Shown here piece by piece: positions 50,901 through 60,080 of a stretch of 64,000 nucleotides of DNA. Source of the DNA: Candidatus Latescibacterota bacterium (GTDB lineage: Bacteria > Latescibacterota > UBA2968 > UBA8231); assembly GCA_036011085.1 (NCBI GenBank), contig DASCMS010000052.1:20166-84165 (forward strand). The letters are read 5' to 3'. Position 1 is the stretch's first letter; the number at the start of each line of letters is the position of its first letter. The position numbers and the translations under genes were made by a program. The notes beneath the pieces were generated by a model. The model was not told the DNA's origin and ran no database searches. It saw only the letters and a program-made list of their open reading frames with translations.

Positions 50901-51323
50901 GCCCCTGGCCTCCTCCTCGACAAGGTGTGAGAAGCCCACCAGGTCGCCGGTTGTGGTGTGCTCGACGCGGAACTCCTCCTTCTGCAACTCCCGGAACCAG
51001 CGATTGCTCCAGCGCCACAAGCGCACAGGTTGGCCGATGATGTGGCTGGCACCCTCGAGACCCAGCTCCCGCTCGAGGAAGGTCTTGGCCTGATCGTCAA
51101 ACTCGAACACGGCGGCGTGCCGGTAGTCGGCCAGGTCGAAGCCGCGATGTTCGAGGAAGGAGGCGGCATGCACACGGGCCTCTGCCCGGGTCAGACGGAA
51201 GTCGATGGTCGCCTCGGGAAAGGCGTCGTAGAAGAAGTGGGTACCCACAAGCAGGCTCACGATCGTGAGCCCGGCGCAGATCAGGATGAGCCGGATATCC
51301 CGACTGAGGAGGCGTTGTTCCAT
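47949..51323 (-). CDS. Giant polytopic membrane protein with CPBP (CAAX/Abi-type) intramembrane protease core and duplicated ectodomain modules
   Basis: 1124 aa. SEEFTSRAF...WGFAHAG...VWHYTIDA are the CPBP motifs (EExxxR, FxxxH, HxxxD/N). Two similar extracytoplasmic modules (residues about 30-230 and about 600-800) are each followed by a multi-TM block. Confidence 0.8.
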   Translation of the reverse strand: MEQRLLSRDIRLILICAGLTIVSLLVGTHFFYDAFPEATIDFRLTRAEARVHAASFLEHRGFDLADYRHAAVFEFDDQAKTFLERELGLEGASHIIGQPVRLWRWSNRWFRELQKEEFRVEHTTTGDLVGFSHLVEEEARGASLAQTEARRLAEQFLAQTIGLDMAGLEFVEAETTERPHRIDHAFTWKLAGFTVAEGTYRYRVRIQGDLVGGYAEYLKVPEAWQRQYDELRSSNQATGLIARLLMFVTWIAMLARLVAGIRGQDVRWRTALIFGAIAFALTFLSQLNNLPVTIFGFDTTDTFSNFLTESVLIGLAAALASGVGIAFIVAGAEPEYRRWYGGQVSVTEQFLPDGMRTKRFLIGTIIGLTLTAVFVAYQTLFYLVADHYGAWSPADIPYREMVNTHFPWVVVLLIGFMPAVSEEFTSRAFSIPFLHRLLKHRWLAVLLSALVWGFAHAGYPQQPFWIRGVEVGLAGIIMGYVVIRWGLLPALVWHYTIDALYTALILLRSSNPYFVLSAAASVGIMLIPLAVAIFLYVRGRYFIDPVSLLNREDAPPLIQPRDRSRADMSPEAQILSGAGTIAMYHPLRPSRLGTAALVVLAGLSVFAFSAPDWSPEPDFAITADTALARASQHLQDGGVAVDSFHSVVAQHNQWDHNDVAYRHERAGSEAAVRLYRDDLATALWRVRFYRPQQKEEWQVYLRPEDGDLYSVQHQLAEDAAGADLSEDEARTVAEQRMRSQGLDPSRFTLKEASSEKLPNRRDHWFVWEATAGDPRNVEESTFRCEVHVAGDQPAGLRRFVKLPEEWLREREEGSIWRTVLRWAPILTIIAVGLHLLWLLVAGIRAGDLTWRRPLWIGAAGALLFAVSSVNGLPTFFASYTTEIPLGVFTLIQVIVLVFAALVTGLVVAGGSGLAESMFPGVLSRLTPKMLAPQLKDAVLLAALAVAGSLAVERWLDVVMLTWPQATVPTGPGVPDVDSLFPSLGGLSRALARGLYMPISAAIAIYYATRVLKRASLVISAVLILGACAAGAGAYTPEEFFFSWGGFLLSSAFTAGALIWLFRDNIAAYALTGFLITSVDGSIRLLEQSAEGFRLHGWIWLGVAGLVVVVLWVMAFRAPRNPMNI

Positions 51324-51419
51324 GACCGATATAGTAGGGTAAGGCTTTGTCCTCCGACAGACGCCTTATTACGTTACGATCAACCGTTGTGCCTTCTCAC
51401 CCGCAGGACGTATGAGCTG

Positions 51420-52151
51420 ATGAACCACCGCACGGCGCTGGTCGCCGCCCTCCTGGTGACCTCGAGTCTGACACAGGCCGAAGCCCAGTTCAGGCCGCCT
51501 CGTATCCGGCATGTCATCAACCCGGTAAGCACGGGGCAGGCCGTCGATCAGGAGTTGGCGGAGCGTCGCTACTATATCGACCGCGGTCTGACCTCGAGCA
51601 TCAACAAGGGTGATGTCCTGAACGTCTATCGGGAGAAACGTATCGTGCGGGGTCTGCCGGTGCCGATGCGGGTCTTCATCGGCACCATGCTGATCACCGA
51701 TGCACAGCAGTCCTCCTCGGTGGGACTCTTCGAGCCGAATGAAACCGCCATCGCCCACCCCATGATCCGTTACAAGACGGCGATGAAGAGTGATATCGTG
51801 GTGCCGCGTCTCGTCATCGACAACAGCGTGTTGTTTGATCCAGGGGACGGGGCGTTAAAGGCCGGAGCAGCCGAGGAGTTCGCCACGGTGGCGGACTTCG
51901 TGAAGATGTTCTCGCCGGGGAAGCTGATGATCGAAGGCCACACCGACTCAGATGGCGATGCCGAGGGCAATCTGGCTCTGTCGTTGGCGCGGGCCGAGAA
52001 TGTGAAAGATTACATGGTGCAGAACTACGACTTCATCACGAATCAGATGATCGAAGCCAAGGGATACGGTGAAGAACAGCCCGTGGTCGCCAACGACACG
52101 GCGGAGAACAAACAGCTGAATCGGCGCATCGAGGTGCTAATCTGGGAATAG
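51420..52151 (+). CDS. OmpA-family (OmpA_C-like) protein with signal peptide
   Basis: Start re-picked to MNHRTALVAALLVTSSLTQAEA. C-terminus IEGHTDSDGDAEGNLALSLARAENVKDYM...GYGEEQPV...NRRIEV is the OmpA peptidoglycan-binding motif. Confidence 0.85.
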   Translation: MNHRTALVAALLVTSSLTQAEAQFRPPRIRHVINPVSTGQAVDQELAERRYYIDRGLTSSINKGDVLNVYREKRIVRGLPVPMRVFIGTMLITDAQQSSSVGLFEPNETAIAHPMIRYKTAMKSDIVVPRLVIDNSVLFDPGDGALKAGAAEEFATVADFVKMFSPGKLMIEGHTDSDGDAEGNLALSLARAENVKDYMVQNYDFITNQMIEAKGYGEEQPVVANDTAENKQLNRRIEVLIWE

Positions 52152-52188
52152 GACGAGCAAGCTCGTTTCGCGAACGAGTTCGCCTGCG

Positions 52189-52380
52189 TCAGGCCAGGAC
52201 GTCGATCAGTTCACCCGTACCGGCGGGGGACACCGAGGGCAGGGCCTGCAGCAGTGTCATGGCCATCTGGCCCTGCTGATCGAGGGCCTTGTCGAGCAGC
52301 CTGATCGACATTTCGCCCTGCAGGCGCTGAGCGCTGAGGACCGACGCGGTGTCGGCGATCGAGGCCGTCAATCCATCCAT
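52189..52380 (-). CDS. YjfB-like small putative motility protein
   Basis: 63 aa. MDGLTASIADTASVLSAQRLQGEMSIRLLDKALDQQGQMAMTLLQAL...ELIDVLA matches the YjfB-family pattern as I remember it. Confidence 0.6.
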   Translation of the reverse strand: MDGLTASIADTASVLSAQRLQGEMSIRLLDKALDQQGQMAMTLLQALPSVSPAGTGELIDVLA

Positions 52381-52430
52381 AGAATAACGCTACCATTCGA
52401 CATGGTGATTCGCAAGGGGGTGTGTGAGTT

Positions 52431-53141
52431 GTGAAACCTCTGGACTATGGCCGATCCTTCGTCATCGGCACAGCTCCCTCCAATGAAGTCAGATTCTGGG
52501 TCGAGTCACGCACTCGCCTGATCGACGACCGTACGGGTACACACGAGGACTACGTCCAGTGCGGTTCGTGCAAGAGCGAAGCCACTTTCGCCGACAAGGA
52601 CCTGTTCCAGGAGGACAACTACGACTTCCTGCCCGTGTTCGGACCCGCCTGGGGCGTCGTCTTCCGGCGCAAAGCCTATCTGTACGAAAGCTACCGTGAG
52701 ATGCGCCCGGCCGACGAGTGGTGGAACGGCGTGAAGTACGACCTGGTGGCCGAGGCGGGACGTGAACTGACCACCGATACCGAGATCCGTGAGGCCACGT
52801 ACGACAACGCGCCCATCGTGGCGCAGGTCGAGATTGCCGCTGGCCACAGCGGCCTGCGGGCGATCATCGAATGCCCGGTGAAGACGATGAACACACACCG
52901 GGAGCACGACATGTATCAGATCGATACCGGACCCGTCATGCTGCCCGACCTGGACCGGCACGAACGCAGTGTGGACGGGCTGCGACTGGCCTATGTGGCG
53001 TTCAACGTGGCGACCTTCGCCGACTTTGTCGTCGAAGTGCCGACCACCATCGGCGAGGAGGCCGGGCAGACGCGGATCCACCACTTCTCCGAACGCCTCA
53101 GTCTGCCGTCCGCTAACCGGCTCTTCGCCCTGAAAGGTTGA
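52431..53141 (+). CDS. Hypothetical protein, no recognisable domain
   Basis: 236-aa ORF with a GTG start and globular-looking composition. Fills an otherwise empty interval upstream of the GH2 gene. Confidence 0.55.
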   Translation: MKPLDYGRSFVIGTAPSNEVRFWVESRTRLIDDRTGTHEDYVQCGSCKSEATFADKDLFQEDNYDFLPVFGPAWGVVFRRKAYLYESYREMRPADEWWNGVKYDLVAEAGRELTTDTEIREATYDNAPIVAQVEIAAGHSGLRAIIECPVKTMNTHREHDMYQIDTGPVMLPDLDRHERSVDGLRLAYVAFNVATFADFVVEVPTTIGEEAGQTRIHHFSERLSLPSANRLFALKG

Positions 53142-53150
53142 CTGGCGCCA

Positions 53151-54926
53151 GTGGACACACCCCGCCCCGAGCATCCGCGCCCGCAGATGCAGCGCCACCG
53201 ATGGCAGAGCCTCAACGGTGACTGGGACTTCGATTTCGACTTCGGGCTCTCCGGCCGTGAGCGTGGCTGGCACGCCGATCCGGAGCTGACGCAGCAGATC
53301 ACCGTGCCGTTCTGCCCCGAGAGCCGGCTGTCGGGTATCGCGTACACGGACTTCATCCCCGCCGTGTGGTATGGCCGGCAGATCTCCATTCCCACCGGCT
53401 GGCGATCCGGACGTGTGCGTCTGCACTTCGGCGGCGTCGACTACGAGTGCCAGGCGTGGGTGAACGGCCGCCTGGTTGGACGACACCTGGGCGGCTCTTC
53501 CTCGTTCCACTTCGACATCACCGAGGCACTTGGCGACGGAGAGACCGACGCACTGGTCGTTGAAGCGCGGGATGACACGCGCTCCGGACTGCAACCCGGC
53601 GGCAAGCAGAGCCATCACCTGCTTTCGCAGGGCTGCCACTACACGCGGACCACCGGCATCTGGCAGAGCGTGTGGCTCGAAGCGATCCCGCACAGCTGCG
53701 TCGAGGACATGCGGATCGTACCCGACCTCGACGGATCCCGCTTTGTGCTGACGCCGACGCTGACCGACGTACGCCAGGGGATGAAGCTCAGGGTGACGCT
53801 GCTGGCAGGACCGGAAGAGGAGCAGGTGCTGCGTCAGGTGGAAGCGCCGGCGCTGTCGGGTGCGGCCCTGTCGCTGAAGGTCGATGAACCCCGGGCCTGG
53901 TCACCTGATGATCCACATCTCTACGGCCTGCGTTTCGAACTGGTTGACGACGAGGGAGGCGTACTCGACAACGTCAACAGTTATTCCGGGTTGCGGAAGT
54001 TCCACATCGAGGGCCACCGGTTCCTGCTCAACAATGAGCCGATCTTCCTGCGCCTCGTTCTCGACCAGGGGTTCTATCCTGACGGGATCTGGACGGCGCC
54101 ATCAGATGACGCGCTGAAGGCCGACGTGCAGTACGCTCAAGCCGTCGGCTTCAATGGGGCTCGTCTGCATCAGAAGGTGTTCGAGGAGCGGTTCCACTAC
54201 TGGGCCGACCGTCTCGGCTACCTGACGTGGGGGGAGTTCGCCGACTGGGGTCTGGATTTCGGCCAGCCGGCGGCGATCCACAACCACCAGCGCGAGTGGC
54301 GCGAAATCGTACTGCGGGATCGGAACCACCCCTCCATCGTCGTCTGGACACCGTTCAACGAGACGGTCGGTGCCGCCAGGTCCCAACCCGCTGCGCACCA
54401 TCAGGCCCTGGGCGAGACCTACGCCCTGACGAAGGCACTCGATCCGAACCGTCCCTGCCACGACACAAGCGGTTACGTCCACGTCATCACCGATGTGTTC
54501 ACCGTCCACGACTACGAGCAGAACCCGGAGACCTTCGGCGAGCGCTATGCCCGGGTGGATCCATCAGACCCGGACGCTGCCTACGTCAGTCAGGAGGAAC
54601 ACTCGATCCGCTGGGATGGCCGACGTCCGTACGTGGTCGACGAATACGGCGGCACCTGGTGGGTGGAGGGCAGTGACGAAGGTGGTACAGACCGTGAGGA
54701 CGGCTGGGGTTACGGCAATCGCCCGAACAGTATCGAGGAGGTATACGAGCGGATCGAGGGCCTTTCGGCGGTGCTGTTGTCGCAGCCATACATCAGCGGG
54801 TACTGCTACACGCAGCTCACGGACATCGAGCAGGAGCAGAACGGGATCTACACCTACGACCGCCGGTTGAAGTTCGATGCCGCCCGGCTGCGCGCCGCCT
54901 TCGGGGGACCGGCGGCAGGGGAGTGA
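53151..54926 (+). CDS. Glycoside hydrolase family 2 (beta-glucuronidase/galactosidase/mannosidase-like)
   Basis: 591 aa. LNGDWDF...VRLHFGGVDYECQAWVNGRLVGRHLGGSSSFHFDIT (sugar-binding domain), GFNGARLHQK and VVWTPFNE (acid/base NE). Confidence 0.85.
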   Translation: MDTPRPEHPRPQMQRHRWQSLNGDWDFDFDFGLSGRERGWHADPELTQQITVPFCPESRLSGIAYTDFIPAVWYGRQISIPTGWRSGRVRLHFGGVDYECQAWVNGRLVGRHLGGSSSFHFDITEALGDGETDALVVEARDDTRSGLQPGGKQSHHLLSQGCHYTRTTGIWQSVWLEAIPHSCVEDMRIVPDLDGSRFVLTPTLTDVRQGMKLRVTLLAGPEEEQVLRQVEAPALSGAALSLKVDEPRAWSPDDPHLYGLRFELVDDEGGVLDNVNSYSGLRKFHIEGHRFLLNNEPIFLRLVLDQGFYPDGIWTAPSDDALKADVQYAQAVGFNGARLHQKVFEERFHYWADRLGYLTWGEFADWGLDFGQPAAIHNHQREWREIVLRDRNHPSIVVWTPFNETVGAARSQPAAHHQALGETYALTKALDPNRPCHDTSGYVHVITDVFTVHDYEQNPETFGERYARVDPSDPDAAYVSQEEHSIRWDGRRPYVVDEYGGTWWVEGSDEGGTDREDGWGYGNRPNSIEEVYERIEGLSAVLLSQPYISGYCYTQLTDIEQEQNGIYTYDRRLKFDAARLRAAFGGPAAGE

Positions 54927-54929
54927 CCG

Positions 54930-55643
54930 GTGGATCTCTTCGTCGGCACCAGCGGCTACAACTACAAAGAGTGGAAGGGACCCTTCTACCCGAAAGAACT
55001 GCCGAACAAGGAGATGTTGGCGTTCTACTCGCAACAGTTCAACAGTGTTGAGATCAACAACTCCTTCTATCGTGTGCCCAAGCCGGATGTAGTGGTGAAA
55101 TGGGCTGAGACGGTGCCGGAGGGCTTTCAGTTCGTCATGAAGGCCACGCGCCGCATTACCCACTTCAAGCGGCTCAAGGACGTGGCGGAGGAGACGGAGT
55201 ACTTCGTCGGCATCGCCAACGAGCTGCGGGATCGACTGGGGGCGATCCTGTTTCAGTTCCCGCCGAATCTCAAGAAGGACATGGAGCGCATGCAGACCTT
55301 CGTCGATCTGCTGCCGCCGCGGCTGCCCGTGGCCATGGAATTCCGCCATGACAGCTGGTATGACGACGAACTGCGTGCTTGCCTGCGCGGCCACAACGCG
55401 GCGCTCTGCTTTGCCCACGAGGATGACGATACTGCAGAACTGGTAGACGAACGGTTTATCAGTACGGCGGACTGGGGGTACCTGCGGCTGCGCGGCAGCG
55501 AGTACGGCGAACAGGAGATGAAGGTGTGGTCCCAGCGCGTGCTGTCACAGGACTGGGATCGCGCCTTCGTGTTCTTCAAGCACGAGGACGACGGCCTCGG
55601 TCCGAAACTTGCCCGCGGCTTTCTCGACGCGACGGGGGTATGA
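54930..55643 (+). CDS. DUF72-family protein
   Basis: 237 aa. VGTSGYNYKEWKGPFYP...FNSVEINNSFYR is the DUF72 N-terminal signature. Confidence 0.8.
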   Translation: MDLFVGTSGYNYKEWKGPFYPKELPNKEMLAFYSQQFNSVEINNSFYRVPKPDVVVKWAETVPEGFQFVMKATRRITHFKRLKDVAEETEYFVGIANELRDRLGAILFQFPPNLKKDMERMQTFVDLLPPRLPVAMEFRHDSWYDDELRACLRGHNAALCFAHEDDDTAELVDERFISTADWGYLRLRGSEYGEQEMKVWSQRVLSQDWDRAFVFFKHEDDGLGPKLARGFLDATGV

Positions 55644-56407
55644 TGGGTGCACTGACGGGCAACAAGGCACTGGTGACGGGAGGCAAGCGCAACATCGGGC
55701 GGGGGATCGCGCTGGCGCTGGCCGAGGCAGGCTGCGATGTGGGCATCAACGATCTGGAGGAAGATGACGACGCGTGCGAGACGGTCCGTCGAATCGAATC
55801 GATGGGCCGCAGGTCGGCCTTCTATGCCGCGGACATATCAGATGCCAGTCAGGTGGAAGAGTTGCTCCGCCAGTTCGTCGCCGACTTCGGCACGATCGAC
55901 ACACTGGTGAACAACCCCTTCTGGTCGACGAACCGGCCCTTCCTCGAACTGGAAGTAGACAACTGGTCCCGCACCATGGACGTATGTGTGAAGGGCTTCT
56001 TTCTCTGCAGCCAGGCCGCCGCGCGCGTGATGGTCGATGACGGCCATGGCGGGTCGATCACCTCTATCGCTTCGGTGCATGCCGAGACGGTATGGCCGGA
56101 AGACTGCGCCTACGGCGTCGCCAAGGCGGCGATTCTGCGCCTGACACGAAGTATGGCGATCGAGCTGGGCCAGCACGGGATCCGCGCCAACGCCATTCTG
56201 CCGGGGTTCATGGATACCGACCACGAGTTCGGCACACCGCCGCCAACACCCGACACAGCAGCCGGCGTCTCTCGCGGCACACCCGTGCTGGGCAGGCCGA
56301 GCACGCCGGAAGACATCGGGCGCGCCGTGGCGTTCCTGGCATCGCCGGCGGCAGCGACGATCAACGGCGTGTCGCTGCCCGTGGACGGAGGACTGCTGGC
56401 GTGGTAG
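55640..56407 (+). CDS. Short-chain dehydrogenase/reductase
   Basis: Start re-picked to MMGALTGNKALVTGGKRNIGRGIA, with an ATGA overlap. NNP, YGVAKAA and PG motifs. Confidence 0.85.
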   Translation: MMGALTGNKALVTGGKRNIGRGIALALAEAGCDVGINDLEEDDDACETVRRIESMGRRSAFYAADISDASQVEELLRQFVADFGTIDTLVNNPFWSTNRPFLELEVDNWSRTMDVCVKGFFLCSQAAARVMVDDGHGGSITSIASVHAETVWPEDCAYGVAKAAILRLTRSMAIELGQHGIRANAILPGFMDTDHEFGTPPPTPDTAAGVSRGTPVLGRPSTPEDIGRAVAFLASPAAATINGVSLPVDGGLLAW

Positions 56408-57339
56408 AAGACAGGGAGTTCGGTTCCACCGGCCTGAAGGTCACGGCTCTGGGTCTCGGTGGAGCGCCGTTGAGCGAATCGTGTTTTGCCGATGGCGTCG
56501 CCACCATCCGCCACGCGATCGATGCCGGCCTCACCTACTTCGACACGTCACCACTCTATGGGCAGGGCATGTCGCAGGCGATATACGGTACCGCCCTCTC
56601 GGCGCAGGATACCGGATTCCTGTTCGCCACAAAACTCGGACACTTCCGCGACCCGAGACTCTACCGATCTCCCGACGCCCTGAGGGCACAGCTGCACGAG
56701 AACCTGCGCCTGTTGCGTCGCGAGCGCGTGGATCTGCTGCAGATCCACGAGGCCGACTTCCACTCGTGGTGGTCTGACGACGGTCAGGGCGGACGGCTGC
56801 AGGACGGTGTGGATTACGATTTCGATGGTGCACCCGTCGTCGAAATCCTGCGGGAGGCGCGGGATCGCGGGCAATGCCGCTTCATCGGGATCTCGGGCAA
56901 TACGGCGGGGGACATGGCGCGCGTACTGCAGGCCCTCGACGTCGATACCTGTCTGATGGCTTTCAACTACGATCTGATCTGGCGTGGAGCACGTGAGAAG
57001 GTGATTCCGTTGGCTCGCCAGAAGGGGGCGGCTCTCATCCTCGGGGCGATCTTACAGTACGGACGTTTCACCCAGGTGCGCGCCGACTGGCTGGCGAGTC
57101 CACCGGACTGGATGACGGAGGATGTGCGTGAGCGCTTTGTCAGACTCTACGACCTGCAGGCGGAATCGGGCCTGTCGCTGGTGGAACTCACCGTGCGCTT
57201 TCTGCTGGCGGAACCGGCTTTCGCGACAATGCTGATCGGTGCGGCAACGCCAGTCCAGCTGGAGGAGAGTGTCGCCGCCGCGCGACGGGGACAACTGCCT
57301 GCGGATCTTCACACCCGGATCGAGGCACTCGGGTTGTAG
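56401..57339 (+). CDS. Aldo/keto reductase
   Basis: GTG 56401 overlaps the SDR stop. VEDREFGSTGLKVTALGLGG...YFDTSPLYGQG...DLLQIHE are typical AKR motifs. Confidence 0.85.
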   Translation: MVEDREFGSTGLKVTALGLGGAPLSESCFADGVATIRHAIDAGLTYFDTSPLYGQGMSQAIYGTALSAQDTGFLFATKLGHFRDPRLYRSPDALRAQLHENLRLLRRERVDLLQIHEADFHSWWSDDGQGGRLQDGVDYDFDGAPVVEILREARDRGQCRFIGISGNTAGDMARVLQALDVDTCLMAFNYDLIWRGAREKVIPLARQKGAALILGAILQYGRFTQVRADWLASPPDWMTEDVRERFVRLYDLQAESGLSLVELTVRFLLAEPAFATMLIGAATPVQLEESVAAARRGQLPADLHTRIEALGL

Positions 57340-57341
57340 GA

Positions 57342-58685
57342 TCAGGGACCGCGGGGCGCCTGGCTGACGACATTGGGGTCGCGCATCAGTTCCAGAATCC
57401 AGCGGTTGTGCAGATCGATGAGGCGGATCTCGACATGACGGTGGCTCTGCCTGTGATCGATCGTCTCCGTCGGGTCCAGAGCCAGATTGGCGAGGAAGAT
57501 CTCGTCGCCCCGACCGACGATCTTCCAGGGGCCCTCCCGGACCGCCCAGTCATCCTTGTAGACCCAGTAGAGTGCTTCGTGAGGAGAACTCGACTCCTTT
57601 GAGGCCAGGACGGACGCCAGACTCCTGCCGTCCATGATGGCATTGGGCAGTGGGGCGTCGCAGAACTCGGCCAGAGTTGGCAGCAGATCCAAGGCTGTTA
57701 CCGCTTGCGGCCGCAACTGTCCCTTTGCCAGCTGTGCCGGCCAGGAAATGATGGCCGGAACCCTGAGTCCACCTTCCCACAACGTCATCTTGCCACCACG
57801 CAGGGCGCCGGCACTGCCGCCACCGCCGGAGCGCTCTTCGGTGGAATGGCCGTGATCGGAGAGGAAGATGACGATGGTGTCATCGCGCAGATCGAGCTCT
57901 TCGAGCTTGGCCATGATCATGCCCACACGATCGTCGAGGGTGCTGACCAGGGCGGCGTACTCCCGTCTCGACTCGTTGCTGATGTGCCCGTAGCGTTCCC
58001 GCGCCGCAGGATCGGGCTGGATCGGGTAGTGGGGGATGTTGAAAGGCACATAGAGGAAGAAGGGTTCGTCCTTGCTCTGTTCGATGAACCGAACCGACTC
58101 CCTGACGATCATATCGGGGAAATATGCTCCCTCCTCATGCCACCGTTCTTTGCCGCGCCACAACACGTGACGGTCGGGTCCGCCCCAGTAGTAGTGGTGG
58201 GAGTAGTTGTCCATGGCTCCGGTGCGGTGGCCGAAGAACTCGTCGAATCCCTGGTCTTTGGCGTACATGCCGTCGTCAAAGCCCAGATGCCACTTGCCGA
58301 TGCAGGCCGTGCGGTAGCCGACACCCTTGAGCATCTCGGCGATCGTCGTTTCGGCGGGGTTGATGCCGTACCCCAGCTTGAGGGCCCGCGGGTGTTGCCG
58401 CCCGGTGAGCATGGCGGTACGCGATGGCGTGCAGGCGGGAGCGGTAACGTAGAACTGGGTGAAGCGCAGGCCGTCATGGGCCAGCTTGTTGATATGTGGT
58501 GTGAGCAGATCGGGGCTGCCGTAACAGCCTAGATCGACAGCGCCCAGGTCGTCGGCGACAAAGAGAACGACGTTGGGTCGCCGGCCGAGCAGGCTGCAAC
58601 CACTGGTTGTGCTGCCGCTGGCGAGGGCGGCGGCGCCGAGGCCGAGAGAGGCCAGCGCCTGCCTGCGGGTCATGGGTATCGTCAT
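57342..58685 (-). CDS. Sulfatase with Tat-type signal peptide
   Basis: MTIPMTRRQALASLGLGAAALA (twin-Arg), VLFVADDLG, APACTPSRTAMLTGR (CxPxR) and LSDHGH. Confidence 0.9.
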   Translation of the reverse strand: MTIPMTRRQALASLGLGAAALASGSTTSGCSLLGRRPNVVLFVADDLGAVDLGCYGSPDLLTPHINKLAHDGLRFTQFYVTAPACTPSRTAMLTGRQHPRALKLGYGINPAETTIAEMLKGVGYRTACIGKWHLGFDDGMYAKDQGFDEFFGHRTGAMDNYSHHYYWGGPDRHVLWRGKERWHEEGAYFPDMIVRESVRFIEQSKDEPFFLYVPFNIPHYPIQPDPAARERYGHISNESRREYAALVSTLDDRVGMIMAKLEELDLRDDTIVIFLSDHGHSTEERSGGGGSAGALRGGKMTLWEGGLRVPAIISWPAQLAKGQLRPQAVTALDLLPTLAEFCDAPLPNAIMDGRSLASVLASKESSSPHEALYWVYKDDWAVREGPWKIVGRGDEIFLANLALDPTETIDHRQSHRHVEIRLIDLHNRWILELMRDPNVVSQAPRGP

Positions 58686-58757
58686 GGAAGGGAAGATGCG
58701 GCCGAAGGCGCGCCGGCACCAGCGGTCAGCATGGTGCGTATCGCCTGGTGGACCCGT

Positions 58758-60080
58758 TCACTTCTCCAGCGAGAAGCCCAGGCGCTCGTACTTCGTGCGG
58801 TACTTGTCATACAGCTGGGTGTGGTGGCTGGAAAGATCGACCTGCCGGCCGCGGATGAATTCCAGTTCCACGTGGGTCGTCAGCTCCAGCAGATCACCGT
58901 CGGTGACGACGAGGGTTGCCTCCTTGCCGACCTCGATGGACCCGAGGCGGTGGTCGACACCGAAGATACGCGCCGGGTTCAGTGTCACGGCGCGCAGTGC
59001 TTCGTCGTGGGGCAGACCATAGGCGACGGCGCGACCGGCTTCCTCGGGAAGATAGCGGGCGAAGGCAGGACTCGAGGTGTGGGCGAAGCAGAACTCGACG
59101 CCTGCCTCGAACAGTTTGAGGGGGATCGTGTATCCGGTGTCGTAGGCATCGTCGGCACGTCGAGGCAGGTTGTAGCTGTTCCAGTAGATGACGGGCACGC
59201 TATGGGCGGCCAGCTCGGCGCTGGCACGCCAGATGTCACCCGTGCCCCCGATAATGAGTTGGACACCTTCGGTCCGCGCCCAATCGAGGGCGGCCTGCAC
59301 CTGACGCACGTCGCGTACGGTGACGAGCACCGGCACCTCACCATCGAGAACGGGGATCAGGGTCTCGGAGCGCAGGTCGAGGCCGGCGCTGCCGCCTCGG
59401 CCTTCCTTCCGGGACTTCCGGTAGGCGCGCACCGTGGCGAACAGCTCCCGAAGCTGTCGAATCTGTGCGTCACGCCGTTCTACCTGCTCCTCGGGCTTCG
59501 GCCTGGCTCCCTCCCGCCGGTTGATGTGCATCACCGGCCAGTTGACGACCAGGGCAGCGGGCGCCTCGATGACGAGATCCTCCGTGGTCCAGCCATCCAT
59601 CCGGATCAGAGAGGCCATGCCCGGGACGAGTCCACCCGACGGCATGGTCAGGGCGGCGGTGATGCCGTTGGCCCTGGCTACAGGCAGGTGCTCACTGTCC
59701 GGGTTGACGGCGATATGAGCCCGAACCTCCGGTGTGAGCTCACCGACTTCATCGTAGTCGTTGCCGGCACGCACGGCGCGGATCTCGGACAGACCGAGGG
59801 CGCTGGCGGCGTCGATCATGCCGGGGTAGACGTGGCGGCCGGTCACGTCAATTCGCCGGGCATCATCGGGGATGTCCACGTCCGTGCCGACAGCGGTAAT
59901 AACCCCATCGGTGAAGAGCACCGTGCCGCCGTGAACGTCCTCGCCCGACACGGTGTGCACGGTGGCGCCCATCAGGGCAACCGGGGTCTGCTGGGCTGCG
60001 CCGGGAATCTGTGTGGATGCAGCCAGCAGTGCCGGCAGGCCGAGATGGAGCAGCAGGGCGCCGAAAATGGATCGCATCAC
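58758..60080 (-). CDS. Secreted amidohydrolase-family protein lacking the HxH metal motif
   Basis: 440 aa with a signal peptide. VYPGMIDAASALG appears where the family has PGxIDxHxH. ATGA-type overlap with the upstream gene. Confidence 0.75.
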   Translation of the reverse strand: MMRSIFGALLLHLGLPALLAASTQIPGAAQQTPVALMGATVHTVSGEDVHGGTVLFTDGVITAVGTDVDIPDDARRIDVTGRHVYPGMIDAASALGLSEIRAVRAGNDYDEVGELTPEVRAHIAVNPDSEHLPVARANGITAALTMPSGGLVPGMASLIRMDGWTTEDLVIEAPAALVVNWPVMHINRREGARPKPEEQVERRDAQIRQLRELFATVRAYRKSRKEGRGGSAGLDLRSETLIPVLDGEVPVLVTVRDVRQVQAALDWARTEGVQLIIGGTGDIWRASAELAAHSVPVIYWNSYNLPRRADDAYDTGYTIPLKLFEAGVEFCFAHTSSPAFARYLPEEAGRAVAYGLPHDEALRAVTLNPARIFGVDHRLGSIEVGKEATLVVTDGDLLELTTHVELEFIRGRQVDLSSHHTQLYDKYRTKYERLGFSLEK

